A stretch of DNA of 64,000 nucleotides from Bacillales bacterium UBA2450 (GCA_002342545.1 DDQE01000036.1:1183-65182), one strand, 5' to 3'; shown: positions 10,532 to 19,927, numbered from the stretch's first letter. Translations and numbers: made by a program. Notes: generated from the sequence alone by a model not told the origin.

Positions 10532-10983
10532 TGAAAGTAGTATTACAAACTGTTAAAAGCGCTCGTGTAGATATATTAGGTAAAACCGTTGGAAGTATTT
10601 CTAACGGTTACCTTTTACTTACCGGTTTTACTATGGGTGATGATAAAGAAACCGTCACTAAGATGGCGGATAAAATTGTTAAACTTCGAGTGTTTGCGGA
10701 TGAAAAAAGACAAATTAATTTGTCTTTAGAGGCAGTGAATGGAAATATCCTTTCCATTAGTCAATTTACTTTATACGCGGACACCACCGGAGGTAGACGT
10801 CCATCTTTTGTTAACGCTCTTCATCCTCATGAAGCAGAACCATTATATGAATTCTTTAATGAAGAATTAGCTAGACTTAGCGGTAAACATATTGAAACTG
10901 GTGTATTTGGTGCCGATATGGATGTTTATAGCGTTAATGATGGACCATTCACTTTGGTGTTAGACAGCAAGGAATTATTTTAA
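10531..10983 (+). CDS. dtd: D-aminoacyl-tRNA deacylase
   Basis: 150 aa with SQFTLYAD and GPFTL motifs. Confidence 0.9.
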   Translation: MKVVLQTVKSARVDILGKTVGSISNGYLLLTGFTMGDDKETVTKMADKIVKLRVFADEKRQINLSLEAVNGNILSISQFTLYADTTGGRRPSFVNALHPHEAEPLYEFFNEELARLSGKHIETGVFGADMDVYSVNDGPFTLVLDSKELF

Positions 10984-12114
10984 ATGAAGGTTTTAGTAGG
11001 ATTATCGGGTGGCGTTGATAGTGCAGTAGCCGCGTATCTACTTCAAAAAGAAGGATACGAAGTAACTGCCTGTTTTATGCGTAACTGGGATAGCCTCGCT
11101 AATAATGACTATTTAGGTAATCCAAACATCAATAACTCGCAGTGTCCTCAAGAAAAAGATTATGATGACGCGGTAGCGGTAGCAAAAAAGCTAGGCATTG
11201 AACTATTAAGAATTGATTTTGTTAAAGAATACTGGGATGATGTATTCTCTTATTTAATCAGAGAATATGAAGCTGGTAGAACTCCAAACCCAGATATATT
11301 CTGCAATAAATATATTAAATTTGATGCTTTCTTAAAATTCGCTAAGTCAAAAGGCTTTGATATGATTGCTATGGGTCATTACGCAAAACGTATCGATAAA
11401 AATGATAAAGCCTATTTATGTAAGAGTTTTGATCAAAATAAAGATCAAACCTATTTCTTATCTCAAATTTCTCAAGAACAACTTAAATATTCATTATTCC
11501 CATTAGGAGATATTGATAAAAAAGAGGTTAGAAAAATTGCTCATGATTTAAACCTTGATATTGCTGATAAAAAAGACTCAACAGGCGTGTGCTTTATTGG
11601 AGAGAGAAACTTCAAAGAATTCTTAAAAAATTATATTCCTGCGAAAAAAGGAAATATTGTCGATATCGATACTAATAGAGTAATAGGCACTCATGATGGA
11701 GCGATGTATTATACAATTGGTCAAAGAAAAGGTCTTGGAATAGGTGGAATTCACGGAGAAACCGCTCAAGGTTGGTTTATTGTAAAAAAAGATATCAAAA
11801 ACAACATTTTATATGTTGCTAGTGGTCCAGAATCTGATCGACTCAATTCTGATTCTTGTTTAGTGAGTAATTTAAATTTCATCACTGATAAGCCAAAAGA
11901 AGGACAACATATCTATGCGAAATTTAGATATCGACAAAAAGATAATGGAGTCACTATTTTCTATAAAGGTGATGATCTAGTGGAATTAAAATTTGATGAG
12001 CCATATAAGGCTGTTACTCCAGGGCAAGCTGCTGTATTTTATGATGGAGATATCTGCTTAGGTGGAGGCTTAATTGACTCAACTTTTTATAAAGGCAAAA
12101 GAACAGATTTATAG
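10984..12114 (+). CDS. mnmA: tRNA 2-thiouridine(34) synthase
   Basis: GLSGGVDSAV PP-loop and the NPDIFCN motif. Confidence 0.9.
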   Translation: MKVLVGLSGGVDSAVAAYLLQKEGYEVTACFMRNWDSLANNDYLGNPNINNSQCPQEKDYDDAVAVAKKLGIELLRIDFVKEYWDDVFSYLIREYEAGRTPNPDIFCNKYIKFDAFLKFAKSKGFDMIAMGHYAKRIDKNDKAYLCKSFDQNKDQTYFLSQISQEQLKYSLFPLGDIDKKEVRKIAHDLNLDIADKKDSTGVCFIGERNFKEFLKNYIPAKKGNIVDIDTNRVIGTHDGAMYYTIGQRKGLGIGGIHGETAQGWFIVKKDIKNNILYVASGPESDRLNSDSCLVSNLNFITDKPKEGQHIYAKFRYRQKDNGVTIFYKGDDLVELKFDEPYKAVTPGQAAVFYDGDICLGGGLIDSTFYKGKRTDL

Positions 12115-12191
12115 GTTAATATTAGTAACTTAGCCAAATAATAGCCTCTAAAAGATGGAGGTTTTTTATTTTGAAAAAAAATATTCTTCAT

Positions 12192-12224
12192 GCGCGTCAT
12201 TCAAGGTTAATGACTGCGCGCGCG
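12192..12224 (+). other. GC-rich hairpin in the 5' region of the downstream membrane-protein gene
   Basis: GCGCGTCATT-caaggtt-AATGAC(T)GCGC forms a 10-bp stem with one bulge. It is followed by GCGCGAGGC, which stands out in an AT-rich spacer. Confidence 0.4.
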
Positions 12225-12295
12225 AGGCTTAAAAAATAACTTTTTTATAGAATCTAATTATGTAAAAATAATGACATCTGATCGGAGAACTATTT

Positions 12296-13018
12296 ATGGA
12301 AAACAAAAAGAAATTTTTATCTATTTTATTCCCAGTTTTGTTTTATGGAGCGCTTTGGGGAATTTTTGAAGCTACTCTAGGTACTTTATTACATCTTCCT
12401 GCTTTTGAAGCTGGCGGATTATTTACTAAGAGTAGCATTATTATGGTCCCTGTCGCCTTCTTAATTATGACTTTATGTTATAAGAAGACTGGTTCATTAA
12501 TTTCTGTTGTGTTTGCAGGATTAATTTCCGCCACAATTAAATTAAGTACTGGAATTATCGTACCATTTGGAATTTATGTCTATTTCCCAGCAATTTATAT
12601 TGTAGTGGAATCCTTAGCAATGTTTGGCGCATTAGCAATCTTTAGACCATCTAATGTATTAAGTACTAAAACATTTGCCGCATTTGTCGTAGCTGCTGTT
12701 ACTTATCAATTTACTTATATAAGTATTTGTTCAATTACCGCAGTTGCTGCTCCAGGACTTACTGGAAATATCAATGCTTTTGAAAGTATGGCAAACTGGA
12801 AGAAAGTTGGAGAAAAATACTTATTCACCTATAACGGAGTTGCTATTATTTATGCCTTAGCTCTTGGTGGAGCGGCATATGGCGTTAGTAAACTTTTAAC
12901 AAAGTTAAATGTTGAAACTAAATTTGACTATAAGAAAATTTTTAACTCTCCAATTACTGCTTCTGCCACTTTAGCAGTTGCCTTTGCGTTAACTATTTCT
13001 TTATCTTTGGTCAAATAA
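12296..13018 (+). CDS. Polytopic membrane protein, family not recognised
   Basis: 240 aa with about 6-7 hydrophobic segments. SD ggag lies upstream. Confidence 0.5.
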   Translation: MENKKKFLSILFPVLFYGALWGIFEATLGTLLHLPAFEAGGLFTKSSIIMVPVAFLIMTLCYKKTGSLISVVFAGLISATIKLSTGIIVPFGIYVYFPAIYIVVESLAMFGALAIFRPSNVLSTKTFAAFVVAAVTYQFTYISICSITAVAAPGLTGNINAFESMANWKKVGEKYLFTYNGVAIIYALALGGAAYGVSKLLTKLNVETKFDYKKIFNSPITASATLAVAFALTISLSLVK

Positions 13019-13558
13019 TTAATTTGCTTTCTTGATATACTGTTTAGCCATCTGGCCGTAGCAGTGGATAAATAAAGATAAATAATCCTCAAAACTTACT
13101 TGGTGCGATCCATGATACACTGTGTCATAACGGACACCATATTCACAGGTTTTGAGGATATTTTCTTTAAATCCGTTTCTATAATAGAAATCTCTTCTTC
13201 TTTTTCTTAACTGGTTATCACTATATTTATCATCAACTTCTTCAAAACAAAGTACGAAAGTTTTATCAGGATATTTTTTAAATACTTCTTGGATGATTTG
13301 ACTGCCATATCCTTTATTTCTATAACTTGGAGAAACCGCTAAAAAGAAGATATAGCAGAGATCTTTATGAAATAAAAGGTTAGTAAATCCTATAAAAGAG
13401 TCATTATCATACACCGCGTATATGTCATTATCTTCCTTTAATGCAAAAGAGAAAAACATCTCTACTGGTGGTCTTTCTTCTTCTGGAAAGCTAGAGACAT
13501 ATAATGGCTCGATATCTTTTTTGATATTTTGATTTGTTTTGTAATTTATGAATTTCAT
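13019..13558 (-). CDS. GNAT-family N-acetyltransferase
   Basis: The motif A region LAVSPSYRNKGYGSQI (R/Q-x-x-G-x-G/A). The start is uncertain: MKFINYK at 13558 is preferred over 13594. Confidence 0.65.
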   Translation of the reverse strand: MKFINYKTNQNIKKDIEPLYVSSFPEEERPPVEMFFSFALKEDNDIYAVYDNDSFIGFTNLLFHKDLCYIFFLAVSPSYRNKGYGSQIIQEVFKKYPDKTFVLCFEEVDDKYSDNQLRKRRRDFYYRNGFKENILKTCEYGVRYDTVYHGSHQVSFEDYLSLFIHCYGQMAKQYIKKAN

Positions 13559-13596
13559 TAGATTAATTCTATCACTAGGATGATAATATATCATAT

Positions 13597-15240
13597 ATGC
13601 TTGTAAAAGATTTAGCGACTGCGATTATATTTCTATTCTTAGGTGTCACTGTTTTTATCGTCGGCATGAATCTTATGTCAGGTGGACTAAAAAAAGCGAC
13701 AGGTAAATCTCTTAAGAAAATATTTAAAAAAACACAAAATAGCCCTTTTGCGTGTTTAGGAATTGGTAGTGGAGTTACCGCTTTAATTCAAAGTAGTGCG
13801 GCTACTTGTGTACTTACAGTTGGCTTTATTAATGCCGGCGTGATGACTCTATATCAAGGAGTGAATATCATGCTTGGTTCTTTTATTGGTACCACAGTTA
13901 CAGGCATATTAGTATCACTTTCATCATTTAGTATTGGTTTATATTTAGCCCTTATTGCTTTTATTGGCATTGTGATGATGTTCTTTAACAAAGAAAAAGT
14001 CAAAAATTTAGGTGAAGTTCTTACTGGATTTGGTCTAGTTTTCTTAGGTTTAGACTTATTAAAAAGCGCTTTTAGTCAGGCTGATATTAATAACGCTACT
14101 CAACAATTATTCTCTTCAGTTAGTTTCCCATTATTACTTCTTTTAATTGGCATTGTTTTGACGGCTTTAGTGCAGTCTAGTAGTGCAGTTACTGGTATTG
14201 CGATTGTCATGGTCTCTAGTGGAGCAATTCCTTTTTCTAGTGCGATATATATCGCTTTAGGAGCGACAATTGGAACTTGTATTACCACTTTAATTGCCAC
14301 TATTGGAGGCACAGTTAACGCCAAAAGGTCAGGCTTTATTTCTTTGGTGATAAAAGTAGTTGCGGCCTTAATCGCCATTGCGATTATTTGGCCTTTATCT
14401 ACTCCAATTTCTAATTTCTTCTCCTCTAGCTTTGGTTCTTCTGGCTTAGGCTTAGCGATGTTTACATTACTTTATAGTGTGGTTTTCTTTGTTGCTTCTA
14501 TGCCTTTAGTGAAACCTTTAATTAAAGTATCTGAAAGAGTTATCAAAGATAAAGATTTAGAAAATAAGAAGAATTTACTTTTATATATCGATGATAGATT
14601 ATTAAACACTCCTGATATCGCTGTGATGCAAGTGAAAAATGAAATTTTACATATGTATAATCTCGCGATGCTTAATTTTAGATATGGCTATGAATGCTTA
14701 GTAAAAGGCGATAAGACTAATTCAGGATCTATCGCTGATACTGAAAGCAATATTGATTATATCAATAGTAAAATTACTGAATATTTAATCTCTTTATCTA
14801 ATAAAGTTAGCAAAGAAGATTCTAAAGTTGTGGGTTCTTATTTCCACGTTATTAATGATATTGAGCGTATTGGAGACCATGCCTATAACTTCTATGAAAA
14901 CTCTAAGAGATTAGAAGAAAGTGATTTAAGATTCTCTAATGTCGCCGTTAAAGAGATAGATGTTTTCTTTGATTTAATTATGGATATGTCTGATTTAACT
15001 ATGGGCATCTTTAAAAACGAAGAATATCAAAAACTAGATAAACTCCATGAATTAGAAGATAGAAGCGATGTCCTTGCTAAAGAGTTAAGTGATAACCATT
15101 ATAAGCGAATGACTGCGAATGAATGTAACGGGGCTCTTTCAGATGACTTTGCCACTTTAATTAGCGAACTAGAAAGAGTGGCGGACCACTTAACTAATAT
15201 CGGTTATTCTGTTATTAACCCAACTGGAGACGAAGAATAA
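13597..15240 (+). CDS. Na/Pi cotransporter family protein with C-terminal PhoU-like repeats
   Basis: Duplicated NaPi-II membrane repeats (QSSSA) and C-terminal IERIGDHA / LERVADHL PhoU motifs. ATG lies 7 nt after TGaTAATAT. Confidence 0.8.
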   Translation: MLVKDLATAIIFLFLGVTVFIVGMNLMSGGLKKATGKSLKKIFKKTQNSPFACLGIGSGVTALIQSSAATCVLTVGFINAGVMTLYQGVNIMLGSFIGTTVTGILVSLSSFSIGLYLALIAFIGIVMMFFNKEKVKNLGEVLTGFGLVFLGLDLLKSAFSQADINNATQQLFSSVSFPLLLLLIGIVLTALVQSSSAVTGIAIVMVSSGAIPFSSAIYIALGATIGTCITTLIATIGGTVNAKRSGFISLVIKVVAALIAIAIIWPLSTPISNFFSSSFGSSGLGLAMFTLLYSVVFFVASMPLVKPLIKVSERVIKDKDLENKKNLLLYIDDRLLNTPDIAVMQVKNEILHMYNLAMLNFRYGYECLVKGDKTNSGSIADTESNIDYINSKITEYLISLSNKVSKEDSKVVGSYFHVINDIERIGDHAYNFYENSKRLEESDLRFSNVAVKEIDVFFDLIMDMSDLTMGIFKNEEYQKLDKLHELEDRSDVLAKELSDNHYKRMTANECNGALSDDFATLISELERVADHLTNIGYSVINPTGDEE

Positions 15241-15249
15241 AAATAAAAT

Positions 15250-15268
15250 GGTAAGTCTATGACTTACC
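15250..15268. terminator. Hairpin between convergent genes
   Basis: GGTAAGTC-tat-GACTTACC. The U-run lies on the minus-strand side. Confidence 0.55.
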
Positions 15269-15734
15269 AATTAACTTCAATTACTTCATCCACTAGATCA
15301 AGGACTTCTTGACTAGGGGCTTCAAATTTATTAACAAGGCCCACTAATATATCATCAGGAACTCGTAAGGCGACTTCTCTTAAGTTGTTATATTTTCTTG
15401 ATTTTTCTAGGGTATTTGGGAATAAGACTAAAATCTTTTTATCGAATTCTGGAGTAGTGGATAAGTATTTTAATCTTACAGCGTTAACATCATTAAGAGC
15501 GTCTACAATAACTGTAACATCTTCACCTTTAGCGGCATATTCATGAATTCTTTTTTCAAAAAGTTCCCAAACTTCTTTTTGTTTTGAGTGGTCTTGAAAA
15601 TCTCCATGAGTAACTTCCATTCTTACCTCATCACTATTAACAATATAAGTGTTTGGGTGAGTCGCTTGATACTCTTTTGCCCAGGTCGATTTCCCAGACG
15701 CAGGTATCGCGCTTAACATAATCATTGTTTTCAT
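15264..15734 (-). CDS. Small P-loop kinase-like ATPase (AAA_33 / polynucleotide-kinase-like)
   Basis: Walker A AIPASGKST at the N-terminus and a Walker B-like VIVDALN. 156 aa. Confidence 0.6.
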   Translation of the reverse strand: MKTMIMLSAIPASGKSTWAKEYQATHPNTYIVNSDEVRMEVTHGDFQDHSKQKEVWELFEKRIHEYAAKGEDVTVIVDALNDVNAVRLKYLSTTPEFDKKILVLFPNTLEKSRKYNNLREVALRVPDDILVGLVNKFEAPSQEVLDLVDEVIEVNW

Positions 15735-15871
15735 AAGCTTCTCCTTAAGTGTCCAACCTTCAAAAGGAATAAGAACGAATTAAATATAAGGGATAATCTA
15801 TCTTCTTTCAAATATTTATTTGATTATTTGGGAAAATATCGAATTGTTACTATATCTCCAATTTCTAAATA

Positions 15872-15889
15872 TTGCATGAAAACGTGCAA
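15872..15889. promoter_or_regulatory. Palindromic operator copy 1: TTGCATG-aaaa-CGTGCAA
   Basis: Imperfect inverted repeat seen directly. A near-identical second copy lies 53 bp downstream. Confidence 0.6.
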
Positions 15890-15924
15890 TAAATCGATAT
15901 AAATAAGTAAAACATAACTAAAAG

Positions 15925-15952
15925 TTGCATGAAATCGTGCAAATGATATAAT
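15925..15952 (+). promoter_or_regulatory. Promoter of the DUF3990 operon overlapped by operator copy 2 (TTGCATG-aaat-CGTGCAA)
   Basis: -35 TTGCAT at 15925-15930, a 16-nt spacer, and extended -10 TGaTATAAT at 15944-15952. ATG 15959 lies 6 nt after the -10. Confidence 0.6.
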
Positions 15953-15958
15953 AGAGAC

Positions 15959-16606
15959 ATGGAAAAACTATTTCATGGTTCAGACAAAGAAATAATTAAG
16001 CCTATCTATGGTTATGGAAGAAATGATTGTGACTATGGATCTGGTTTTTATTTATGTAAAGAACTCGATATAGCTCGTATGTGGGCGTGTCAATATCCTG
16101 AAGGCGGATATATCAATTCCTATGTCATTAATATGGACAAATTGAATGTTTTATGGCTCAACCACGTAACTGATAAAGATATCTTAACTTGGATCGCCTT
16201 ATTATGCGCTAATAGGATAGATCAACAGACTAAATCAAATTCGAAAGAAGAAATTGATTTTTTAATCAAAAACTTTTTGCCTAATTTAAATGGTGTCGAT
16301 ATGATTGTTGGCTATCGTGCGGATGATTCTTATTATCAATATACTCGAGCGTTTTTAAATAACGATTTACCTTTAGAATTATTAAAAGAATCTATGGAAT
16401 TAGGAAAACTTGGTCTTCAATACGTTTTAATTAGTAAAAAAGCTTTTGATGAGATTAGATTTATTGATTCTTTATTTGTTCCTAGTTCAAATGAATATCA
16501 AATAGTGGAAGAGACCGCTAATAAGGAATATGAGCAAATATTAAGAAAGAGAAATGTCAACCAGACATATTTGAGGGATATTATCCGTGAAATCAGTAAA
16601 CATTAA
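15959..16606 (+). CDS. DUF3990-like protein with PARP/ART-like HGS...GFY motifs
   Basis: N-terminus MEKLFHGSDKEIIKPIYGYGRNDCDYGSGFYLCKELDIARMWA matches my recollection of the DUF3990 N-terminus. Confidence 0.6.
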   Translation: MEKLFHGSDKEIIKPIYGYGRNDCDYGSGFYLCKELDIARMWACQYPEGGYINSYVINMDKLNVLWLNHVTDKDILTWIALLCANRIDQQTKSNSKEEIDFLIKNFLPNLNGVDMIVGYRADDSYYQYTRAFLNNDLPLELLKESMELGKLGLQYVLISKKAFDEIRFIDSLFVPSSNEYQIVEETANKEYEQILRKRNVNQTYLRDIIREISKH

Positions 16607-17474
16607 TGAAATTAAAAATAAATTTGGATATCTTCTTTCCTTTTTACATTTACAGTGTGAATTAGATAGCGATTCAATATCTAATGTAATTGTGAAATCT
16701 AATTTTTTTGATTTTTTAGAAAATAATGATGTTGAATCATTTTTATCTAAGGATATTGTGACTATCTCTAAAAATATTTTTAGAGCCAGCCAAAAAAAAT
16801 ATTCCCCGAATTTTTTGAACGATTATGTTTACGCTGGAGAATGTTATATTTCAATATCAATATCTTTATGTATTCCTTTAAGACAGTTATTTCTAATTTA
16901 TCCTTTATCAAAAATGCTTTCTTTATATCCTTTATATCATGAGGTCGCTCAATTTAGAGTAATTGAAAAAGTGAGAAATGATATCTCTACAAAAACAGCG
17001 TTTTCTATTCTTTTAGAAAAAAGCGAATATAGTGTTCTTTCGGTTTCTAAAATATGTGACATAAATAGAAATTATTTATCGTCCTTATTAAAAGAGGCAA
17101 AACAAGAAGATAAATTAACATATTTACAAATAAGTAAGTTATCTGATTTATTTGGTGTTGATAAGATATTTTTTACAAGTAGTAATTTTGTTCCGTATTA
17201 TTCTTCCTTATGGAATGACTATCAATTTGTAATTTTTGTGATTAAACACCTTTCTTTAATATGTGAGAATAAACATGTATATTTTGATTTTGATGGAAAT
17301 AGACTAGAAGCTAGTAAAAACAAAACATATATTGTGATATCCCCTGATGAAGCTTATTTATATAAAAAAAATAATAGGAGCAAAATTCCTAATGCAAAAT
17401 TTGATTTAGCAATCAAACTTTCCTTAATAGAATATAGAGAATATTGTCTTAATAAAAGCATTGCCTTTTGCTAA
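16587..17474 (+). CDS. DUF3791-like N-terminal domain fused to an XRE-type helix-turn-helix and an unknown C-terminal domain
   Basis: GTG start preceded by GAGGG. It overlaps the upstream stop by 20 nt. The HTH segment is LLEKSEYSVLSVSKICDINRNYLSSLLKEAKQEDKLTYLQISKLSDLFGV. Confidence 0.55.
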   Translation: MKSVNINEIKNKFGYLLSFLHLQCELDSDSISNVIVKSNFFDFLENNDVESFLSKDIVTISKNIFRASQKKYSPNFLNDYVYAGECYISISISLCIPLRQLFLIYPLSKMLSLYPLYHEVAQFRVIEKVRNDISTKTAFSILLEKSEYSVLSVSKICDINRNYLSSLLKEAKQEDKLTYLQISKLSDLFGVDKIFFTSSNFVPYYSSLWNDYQFVIFVIKHLSLICENKHVYFDFDGNRLEASKNKTYIVISPDEAYLYKKNNRSKIPNAKFDLAIKLSLIEYREYCLNKSIAFC

Positions 17475-17597
17475 TTCGTTTTCTAAGTAATATCAGACTT
17501 TTTATTTGCCTATTTATTAAAGTTCAATCAGATTATTAATTATTGTTTATTAAAAATTATAAATTTGTAATAATAGTGGTTGAGGTAATTAACTATT

Positions 17598-18104
17598 ATG
17601 AAAACATTAATTGTATATTTCTCACGTACTGGAGAGAATTCTGTTAATGGCGAAATGGAAGTAATCACCAAAGGTTTTACAGAAATCGTTGCGGAAAAAA
17701 TCGCTGCTAAAACTGGTGGTGAATTATTTAAATTAGAACCAGAAATCCCATATCCAACTAATTATGAGGAATGTGTAAAAAGAAGCAAAATTGAAGATCA
17801 ATATAATGAAAGAGTGGCTTATAAAAATCCACTTTCATCTTTAGATGAATATGATGTGATTTATTTAGGCTTCCCTTGCTGGTGGAGAACCTATCCTAGA
17901 ATTGTCGCTAGCTTTATAAAAGATCATTCTTGGCTTGGAAAGACTGTTTATCCTTTTGCCACTAACGAAGAAGGGGCGTTAGGCTTAGCTGAACTTGAAC
18001 TTAAAGGCTCTTTAAAAGGAGCATTAATTAAAAAAGGATTTGCTTGTAAAGGGAGCGAAGTAAATCAAATTGATGACAAGCTTAATGCTTGGATAGGAGC
18101 CTAA
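17598..18104 (+). CDS. Flavodoxin-family protein
   Basis: MKTLIVYFSRTGEN N-terminus. 168 aa. Confidence 0.75.
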   Translation: MKTLIVYFSRTGENSVNGEMEVITKGFTEIVAEKIAAKTGGELFKLEPEIPYPTNYEECVKRSKIEDQYNERVAYKNPLSSLDEYDVIYLGFPCWWRTYPRIVASFIKDHSWLGKTVYPFATNEEGALGLAELELKGSLKGALIKKGFACKGSEVNQIDDKLNAWIGA

Positions 18105-18106
18105 TT

Positions 18107-19912
18107 ATGAAGAATGTCACAAAAGATATTTATTATGTTGGGGTTAATGACCATCAAATAGATTTATTTGAAGGCCAATATGTTGTTCCTTTAGGAATGG
18201 CGTATAACTCTTATGTCATTGTTGATGATTTAGTGGTGGTCATGGACACAGTTGACCAACATTTCACTAAAGAATGGTTAGCGAATATCAAAGAAGTGCT
18301 AGGGGCTAGAAAACCTGACATCTTAGTAGTTCAACATATGGAACCAGACCATTCAGCGAATATCATCAACTTCTTAAAAGAATATCCATCCGCAAAAGTT
18401 TTAGGTAACGCGAAAACATTTAAGATGATGGAACAATTCTTCCATGAAGAGATTAAAAATAGAATTGTTGTTAATGAAGGTGATACCTTAAATTTAGGTA
18501 AGCATATCTTAACATTTGTTTTTGCACCTATGGTGCACTGGCCAGAAGTAATGGTCACATATGATAGTTATGATAAAGTCTTATTCTCAGCGGACGGGTT
18601 TGGCAAATTTGGCGCTAACGACGTTGAAGATCCTGAAGGGTGGGATTGCGAAGCTAGAAGATACTATATCGGTATCGTTGGTAAATACGGCGCCCAAGTC
18701 CAAGCTTTATTAAAGAAAGCAGCAACTTTAGATATTCAAATTATTTGTCCATTACACGGACCAGTATTAGACCATGATTTAGGTCACTATTTAAAACAAT
18801 ATGACACATGGAGTTCTTATAGAACTGAATCTGAGGGGGTTGCAGTCTTTTATACTTCCGTATATGGCCACACTAAAAAGGCAGTGGAGTTCTTGTGTGA
18901 AGAATTAAAAAGACTTGGTTGTCCAAAGGTTGCTTGTAGTGATTTAGCGCGTGATGATATGCCTGAATGTGTTGAAGACGCGTTTAGATATGGAAAAATT
19001 GTTTTAGCCACAACTACATATAACGCGGGAATCTTCCCATTTATGGATACCTTTATTGCTCACTTAGTGGAGCGTAACTTCCAAAATAAGAAAATCGGCT
19101 TAATTGAAAATGGTACCTGGGCCCCAATGGCGGCTAAAGTTATGAGCGATAAACTCTCTGGTTGCAAGAATGTGGAAATTATCGAGCCAAAAGTTAGAAT
19201 CTTATCAGCGATGACTGAAGAAAATAAAGCGCAAATTTCTGCTTTAGCAGAATCGTTATGTGCTGAATATAAAGCTCATAAAGAAATTAAGGAAGAAAAG
19301 AAACCAGAACTTGATCCAAAAGCTTTATTTAAAATCGGATATGGCTTATATGTTGTAACTTCTAAAGACGGAAGTAAAGATAATGGCTTAATTGTGAATA
19401 CAGTTTCTCAATTAACTGATTCTCCTCTTAGAGTCGCGGTTAATATCAATAAAGCCAATTATTCTCATGACATCATTAAAAAGACTGGTGTTCTTAATGT
19501 GAACTGTTTAAATATTGAAGCACCTTTTTCAGTGTTTCAAGAGTACGGCTTTGTTTCTGGCAAAGACAAAGATAAATTTGCGGGTAAAGAAGTGATTAGA
19601 AGTGAAAACGGCTTAGTAGTCTTACCTAACTATGTTAATGCTTTCATTTCCTTAAAAGTTGATAACTATGTTGATTTAGATACTCACGGCATGTTTATTT
19701 GCTCTGTTACTGAAAGTAAGATTATCAATAACGTTGAGACCATGACTTATAATTATTATCAAGCAAATGTTAAACCTAAACCAGACACTAATAAAAAGAA
19801 AGGCTACGTCTGTAAGGTGTGCGGCTATGTCTATGAAGGAGAGGAACTCCCAGAAGATTTTGTCTGTCCACTTTGTAAACATGGCGCGGCTGATTTTGAA
19901 CCAATAAAATAA
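18107..19912 (+). CDS. Multidomain flavodiiron protein: MBL-like diiron core, flavodoxin domain, flavin-reductase-like domain and C-terminal rubredoxin
   Basis: The diiron motif region HMEPDHS, a flavodoxin-like middle, a flavin-reductase-like segment (GLYVVTSKDG...) and a C-terminal CKVCGY...CPLCKH. Start moved to ATG 18107 after aggag. Confidence 0.8.
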   Translation: MKNVTKDIYYVGVNDHQIDLFEGQYVVPLGMAYNSYVIVDDLVVVMDTVDQHFTKEWLANIKEVLGARKPDILVVQHMEPDHSANIINFLKEYPSAKVLGNAKTFKMMEQFFHEEIKNRIVVNEGDTLNLGKHILTFVFAPMVHWPEVMVTYDSYDKVLFSADGFGKFGANDVEDPEGWDCEARRYYIGIVGKYGAQVQALLKKAATLDIQIICPLHGPVLDHDLGHYLKQYDTWSSYRTESEGVAVFYTSVYGHTKKAVEFLCEELKRLGCPKVACSDLARDDMPECVEDAFRYGKIVLATTTYNAGIFPFMDTFIAHLVERNFQNKKIGLIENGTWAPMAAKVMSDKLSGCKNVEIIEPKVRILSAMTEENKAQISALAESLCAEYKAHKEIKEEKKPELDPKALFKIGYGLYVVTSKDGSKDNGLIVNTVSQLTDSPLRVAVNINKANYSHDIIKKTGVLNVNCLNIEAPFSVFQEYGFVSGKDKDKFAGKEVIRSENGLVVLPNYVNAFISLKVDNYVDLDTHGMFICSVTESKIINNVETMTYNYYQANVKPKPDTNKKKGYVCKVCGYVYEGEELPEDFVCPLCKHGAADFEPIK

Positions 19913-19927
19913 GAAAGGAAAATCACA

